Below are positions 59,318 through 64,000 of a stretch of DNA of 64,000 nucleotides, one piece after another. Where the stretch lies: positions 111,784 to 175,783 of the forward strand of contig CAXBMO010000014.1 in assembly GCA_963977015.1 (NCBI GenBank). Direction: 5' to 3'. This stretch comes from an uncultured bacterium (GTDB taxonomy: Bacteria > Verrucomicrobiota > Verrucomicrobiia > Verrucomicrobiales > DEV007). Below the pieces are notes generated by a model. That model had not been told where the DNA came from. It searched no databases and was given only the letters and a program-made list of their open reading frames with translations. The position numbers and the translations under genes were made by a program. How positions within the stretch are numbered: position 1 is the stretch's first letter; each line of letters begins with the position of its first letter.

Positions 59318-61681
59318 ATGCTCGCTATCGACAAGAAGCTGGTTCGTGACCTTGCTCAAATGAAAGGGCAGGCTGCGGCAATTGCTGCGGTGGTCGCTTG
59401 CGGAGTGGCTTTGTTCATTATGTCGTTGGCCACGCTGGTATCGATGCAGGAGAGTCAGCGGGCGTATTATGAACGTTATCGGTTTGCGGACGTGTTCGTG
59501 AACCTGAAGCGTGGCCCGCGCCTGTTGGAAGAGCGGCTTGCGGCAATCCCGGGCGTTTCTCACGTGCAGGCGAGGATTGTCCGGCCCGTGAACCTGAATG
59601 TCGAAGGAATGAGCGAGCCTGCGACGGGACGAATCATCTCCGTTCCGGAATTTGGCGAGCCAAAACTCAATGCGCTCCATTTGCGGAGTGGGAGGTATGT
59701 CGAGCCGTGGCGAGAAAACGAAGTTCTCGTGGGCGAATCCTTCGCCGAGGCGCATGGGCTCGAACCTGGCGATACCGTCAAAGCCGTCCTGAATGGGCGA
59801 TTGGAGGTTTTGCAGATCGTGGGGATTGCGCTTTCTCCGGAATACATCGCTCAGATTCCGCCGGGATCCTTTTTGCCGGATGATCGCCGTTTCGGAATTT
59901 TCTGGATGGGCGAACGCGCGATGGAGGCTGCCTTTGACATGGAAAGCGCCTTTAACGACGCCACGCTCAAGCTGACGCGTGGTGCTTCGGTTGAGAGCGT
60001 GATTGAGCGGGTGGATTCTCTCCTCAAGCCATATGGTGGATTGGGCGCGTTTGATCGCGAAGACAACGTCTCGCATCGCTTTATTTCGGACGAGATCAGT
60101 CAGCTAAAAACCATGGGGCTTTTTGTGCCGGCGATATTCCTGGGGGTCGCCGCCTTCCTCCTCAATGTCGTTCTTCGCCGACTGCTTTCATTGCAGCGCG
60201 ATCAAATTGCAGCGCTGAAGGCTTTTGGATACACGGATCGACAGATTGGCTGGCACTACATCAAGCTGGTTCTGCTGATTGTCGTAATCGGCTTCGCGGT
60301 TGGGGTGACGATGGGCGTGTTTTTGGGAAAGAGTGTAACCGGGATGTATGCTGCGTTCTATCGGTTCCCGGTTTTTGAATTTCACCTGGATCCGCCCATT
60401 ATCGTTGCCAGTTTTGCGATCACAGCGGGAGCTGCGTTTCTCGGCGTGATTGGAGCGGTTCGCAGTGCCGTTAGTCTTCCACCGGCTGAAGCGATGCGAC
60501 CGCCATCGCCGCCGGTTTATAGTCCCACGGTGATTGAGCGATTGGGGGTGGAACGGTTTTTTACCCAGCAGTTTCGGATGATTCTTCGGGAATTGGAGCG
60601 GCGGTGGGCCAAATCCCTGCTCAGTTCCTTTGGGATCTCGCTGGCGCTTTCCATTCTGATCGTCGGCAACTTTGGAAATGATGCGATCAACTACCTGATG
60701 CAGCTTCAGTTCTTCGTTTCGGATCGGAGCGATATGCAGATCGTCTTTCGCGAGGTCACCTCAGGTTCCGCGATTCATGAAGTATCACAGCTTCCCGGGG
60801 TAACCTATGCGGAGCCGTTTCGAAGTGTCCCGGCCCGATTGCGAGCCGGGCATCGCGTTCGTCAGGTTGGGGTTCTGGGGTTGCAACGCAATCCCGAACT
60901 GTTCCGCCCGATCAATGCGGAAGAGCAAGTCGTGCAGATCCCCAAGGAAGGCCTGCTCTTATCGGAGAAGCTCGCGGAGATACTGGCGGTTCAACCGGGC
61001 GACCCCATTTTATTGGAGGTCCTGGAAGGCGAGAGACCCGTATTGAACGTCTTCGTTGCGGGCACGGTTAACGACTTTTCCGGGTTATCGGTTTATGTCG
61101 ACCGATTGTGGCTCTCGAAGGTAATGGGGGAAGGGGAGGCAATTTCGGGAGCCTTCCTTTCCGTTGATGAGCAATCGAGTGACGAACTTTACGAACAGCT
61201 GAAATACACGCCGGCGGTGGCTGGCAGCACCATCAAAGTCGCTGCGCTGAGGAGCTTTTTGGAGACGTTTGCGGAGAACATCCTGCGAATGCGGGCCTTC
61301 AATATTTTCTTTGCCTGCGTCATCGCGTTTGGCGTGGTTTACAACAACGCCAGGATCGCGCTTTCTGAACGAAGTCGAGAGCTCGCCACGCTTCGCGTCA
61401 TTGGATTCACGCGCCGGGAGATCACCGGAATCCTGATTGGGGAGCTGTCGATCATCACGGCACTGGCGATCCCGCTGGGCCTCGGCTTGGGCTACTTTTT
61501 CTGCTACCTGCTCTCCTTCCAAATGGATACGGAAATGTATCGCATTCCTTTTGTGCTCCATTCTTCCACCTATGCAACGGCAGTCGTGGTCGTGGTGCTT
61601 GCCGCGATTGTTTCATCATTTGTCGTTCGTAAAAGGCTGCGTAGTTTGGACCTGATTTCAGTGTTGAAGACGCGCGAATAA
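59318..61681 (+). CDS. ABC transporter permease, double FtsX/MacB-like
   Basis: Two halves, each with a large periplasmic loop and TM bundle; [12 protein letters not shown] and [13 protein letters not shown] motifs. Confidence 0.9.
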   Translation: MLAIDKKLVRDLAQMKGQAAAIAAVVACGVALFIMSLATLVSMQESQRAYYERYRFADVFVNLKRGPRLLEERLAAIPGVSHVQARIVRPVNLNVEGMSEPATGRIISVPEFGEPKLNALHLRSGRYVEPWRENEVLVGESFAEAHGLEPGDTVKAVLNGRLEVLQIVGIALSPEYIAQIPPGSFLPDDRRFGIFWMGERAMEAAFDMESAFNDATLKLTRGASVESVIERVDSLLKPYGGLGAFDREDNVSHRFISDEISQLKTMGLFVPAIFLGVAAFLLNVVLRRLLSLQRDQIAALKAFGYTDRQIGWHYIKLVLLIVVIGFAVGVTMGVFLGKSVTGMYAAFYRFPVFEFHLDPPIIVASFAITAGAAFLGVIGAVRSAVSLPPAEAMRPPSPPVYSPTVIERLGVERFFTQQFRMILRELERRWAKSLLSSFGISLALSILIVGNFGNDAINYLMQLQFFVSDRSDMQIVFREVTSGSAIHEVSQLPGVTYAEPFRSVPARLRAGHRVRQVGVLGLQRNPELFRPINAEEQVVQIPKEGLLLSEKLAEILAVQPGDPILLEVLEGERPVLNVFVAGTVNDFSGLSVYVDRLWLSKVMGEGEAISGAFLSVDEQSSDELYEQLKYTPAVAGSTIKVAALRSFLETFAENILRMRAFNIFFACVIAFGVVYNNARIALSERSRELATLRVIGFTRREITGILIGELSIITALAIPLGLGLGYFFCYLLSFQMDTEMYRIPFVLHSSTYATAVVVVVLAAIVSSFVVRKRLRSLDLISVLKTRE

Positions 61682-61690
61682 CCCCATCGG

Positions 61691-62875
61691 ATGAATACCA
61701 AGAACATCATCAAAACCGTGGTAGGCGCGACTTTTGTCCTGCTGATCATCATGGCCTTTTTGCCAAAGCCGGTTGAGGTCGAGCTTGCCAGAGCAACCCG
61801 GGGCGAATTGCTCGTGACCGTTGATGAGGACGGGGAGACGAGGATTCGAGAGAAGTATGTCGTTTCGAGTCCGCTGACTGGGCAGTTGTTACGGATCGCG
61901 CTCGATCCCGGAGACTCGGTCGTTGCCGGTGAGACCGTCCTGGCCCAGATCGAGCCGGCGGATCCCTCTCTGCTGGATTCCCGATCGCGGGCCCAAGCGG
62001 AGGCGCGGGTGAAGGCTGCGGATGCCGCAGCACAACGCGCACAGGCCGCGATTGAAGAAGCCAAGGCGCGCAAACAACTCACGGAGCGCGAGATGGTTCG
62101 GCAACGAATTTTGCTGGAGAGCAACAACACCTCCAAACAACGTTTTGACGACGCCGAGTATCAGGATCGTGCGGCATCCCAAGGGTTGCGGTCCGCGGAG
62201 CTCGCCCTGCAAATCGCCGAGTTCGAGCTTGAACAGGCCGAAGCAGCATTGATCCACACGAATGATGATGCCGGTCTACGACATGAGATCCGGTCGCCAA
62301 TTGATGGAAAAGTCTTGCGGGTCTTTCAGGAAAGCTCGACGCCAGTATCCGCCGGAGCGCGCCTGGTCGAATTGGGCGATCCGACGGATCTCGAAATTCA
62401 GATCGACGTGTTATCCAATGATGCCGTGAAAATTGAACCTGGAACCCGCGTGTTGCTCGAACATTGGGGCGGCGAAGGGCAACTGGAAGCGGAAGTCCGA
62501 CTGGTTGAACCGTCGGCGTTTACCAAGATTTCCGCGTTGGGCGTGGAAGAGCAACGCGTTTACGTCGTTGCCGATTTAACGACACCTGTTGAGCAACGAA
62601 AGTCGTTGGGCGATGGGTTCCGAGTGGAAGCGCGCATCGTCGTTTGGGAAGGCGAGGACGTTCTCAAGATCCCCGCCGGCGCGCTGTTCCGCAGCGACGG
62701 AGAATGGCACGTCTTTGTGAAACGCGGCTCCAAGGCAGTCCTGACCAAGGTCGAGCTTGGTGAGAAGAATGGCTTGGCGGCGGAAATTAAATCAGGCCTG
62801 ACGGTTGATGACTGGGTCGTCTCTCATCCCAGTGATCAAGTGGATGATGGAACGCCGATCAAAGCTCGGGACTAG
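61691..62875 (+). CDS. HlyD-family periplasmic adaptor subunit
   Basis: N-terminal anchor, lipoyl-like halves (VSSPLTG, IRSPIDGKV), coiled-coil hairpin, SALGVEEQRV. Confidence 0.9.
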   Translation: MNTKNIIKTVVGATFVLLIIMAFLPKPVEVELARATRGELLVTVDEDGETRIREKYVVSSPLTGQLLRIALDPGDSVVAGETVLAQIEPADPSLLDSRSRAQAEARVKAADAAAQRAQAAIEEAKARKQLTEREMVRQRILLESNNTSKQRFDDAEYQDRAASQGLRSAELALQIAEFELEQAEAALIHTNDDAGLRHEIRSPIDGKVLRVFQESSTPVSAGARLVELGDPTDLEIQIDVLSNDAVKIEPGTRVLLEHWGGEGQLEAEVRLVEPSAFTKISALGVEEQRVYVVADLTTPVEQRKSLGDGFRVEARIVVWEGEDVLKIPAGALFRSDGEWHVFVKRGSKAVLTKVELGEKNGLAAEIKSGLTVDDWVVSHPSDQVDDGTPIKARD

Positions 62876-63336
62876 ACCAAATTCAGTTGGCGTGTGGCCG
62901 ATGCCGCAAGGAAATTTGGCTTCTGGCCGCACCATTTGGCACTAAATCCAGCCTTCCGACGATGAAACAGCTCAAACAGTTGATGGGCTATTCTAGCAGA
63001 AGATTCTACAGCAGTCACAATTCCAAATATTGTAAGTTTCGTCCTGTAACTGAGTTTTATTAAGCGCTCATAACTTCGATTGGTAAGGATTCTATTTTTG
63101 CAAATTCAGGCCCGCGAAAACTGGCTCACTGTGTCGTTCTGGAAATCACCCATCCTCCAAATATGAGGCAATGTAGAAATCTGATAGTTCGTCGAACCAG
63201 CCCTTCTTCCAATTTGGTATCGACTGTCGATTTGAGGGAATATGGAACTTATGGATCTGCCTGTGCGGACTATAAATCCAAAATAGCGTGAAGCTTGTTC
63301 TGCGCACCACCGAAAAAATGTGTTATGGTAAGGTAA

Positions 63337-64000
63337 ATGGCTGAACCATTTTCATGGAAGGAGTTTGAGGCGATCGTCGCCCGCTTGCAGAAGAGCTTTG
63401 CGAAAGGAGGGCAAGTTGAATGCGACGAGAAAATTCAGGGTCGGCATTCGGGGCGAAAGCGCCAAATTGACGTTACCGTTCGCGTGAACATTGGGGGAGA
63501 AACTTTATTGTTAATCATTGAGTGCAAAAAATGGCGCAGAAAGATCGATGTCAAAGCGGTTGAGGGGTTTGCGGGAGTTCAAGAGGATGTGGGCGCACAT
63601 AAAGCCATTATGGTCTCGCTCAACGGCTTTTCAGCGGGAGCCAGAAGATTGGCAGAGGCAAAAAACATTTCTCTTTATCGCTACGAAGACACCTTAAAAC
63701 AAGGTTGGCCTAACGGAATTGAGACGTTTGTGTTGATGGAGATCTGGGAGGTGACTCCTACAACAGCCTATCTTGTGTTAAGAGACGGCACCCGTGAGGC
63801 TTTCCCCGAAAACGAAGAGATTACGATGGTGACAACCAATGACGGAGAAGCTGGGTCACTTGGAACGGGGTTGCGTAAGATGTGGGATGGTATGACTGAA
63901 GTAGAAAAAGAACAGTTCAAGGAGGGCTGGGTGTGTGAGTGCGATAGTGACCTGATCCAGAAAGCTGGACACCTCAAAACGATAGTTCTGCTAGGATTTG
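63337..64000 (+). CDS. Mrr-like PD-(D/E)xK restriction endonuclease-domain protein (3'-truncated by the window; absent from the ORF track)
   Basis: Manual translation: MAEPFSWKEFEAIVARL...SGRKRQIDV...IIECKKWRRKIDVKAVEGF...VGAHKAIMVSLNGFSAGARRLA; open to the window end; TAAGG RBS-like motif just upstream. Confidence 0.8.
   Translation, partial: MAEPFSWKEFEAIVARLQKSFAKGGQVECDEKIQGRHSGRKRQIDVTVRVNIGGETLLLIIECKKWRRKIDVKAVEGFAGVQEDVGAHKAIMVSLNGFSAGARRLAEAKNISLYRYEDTLKQGWPNGIETFVLMEIWEVTPTTAYLVLRDGTREAFPENEEITMVTTNDGEAGSLGTGLRKMWDGMTEVEKEQFKEGWVCECDSDLIQKAGHLKTIVLLGF

Noticed and set aside
58586-62875. ABC/FtsX/HlyD trio as the exporter of the giant proteins
   Set aside because: It is a MacB/FtsX-type system with a separate ATPase, not an HlyB-type T1SS transporter; it lies 18 kb away with no TolC gene visible.
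62880-63330. Identifiable pseudogene in the AT-rich spacer
   Set aside because: Only short stop-interrupted peptides (e.g. IPNWKKGWFDELSDFYIASYLEDG*) with no family I can recognise.
1-64000. CRISPR array, tRNA/rRNA, transposase/integrase, or reverse transcriptase/DGR
   Set aside because: No regularly spaced repeat-spacer pattern or such genes were seen; differences between internal repeats of the giant gene look mostly synonymous rather than adenine-specific.

Overview
Bacterial DNA, probably Verrucomicrobiota or another PVC-superphylum member (inferred from gene content, not from a marker gene). The first 40 kb hold two tandem extracellular repeat-protein genes on the + strand: the 3' end of one (open from the window edge to 1750) and a complete 37.5 kb, 12,519-aa gene (2437..39996). 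The complete protein has an N-terminal LEPRxLL-type motif and a metzincin HExxHxxGxxH motif. Its long beta-helical stalk carries six LamG-like, three MAM and one lectin-like module, apparently inserted at recurring positions. The two proteins share a conserved C-terminal region of about 400 aa. The 690-nt spacer between the genes contains a dense nested set of complementary segments (about 1937-2290), followed by a strong terminator-like hairpin about 60 nt before the giant gene's start. This looks like an undescribed large leader RNA controlling the giant gene and is the best novel-system candidate here. The last 24 kb are more ordinary: DUF6172-like protein, Tat-exported BNR/sialidase-fold protein, c-type heme lipoprotein, beta-helix protein, ThuA-like protein, sulfatase, CopA, Zn-ribbon protein, Ski2-like helicase, ArsM-like methyltransferase, RHH-like protein, Gfo/Idh/MocA oxidoreductase, Lnt, an ABC/FtsX/HlyD trio, and a truncated Mrr-like nuclease not in the ORF track. 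All calls are by eye; no searches or folding programs were run.
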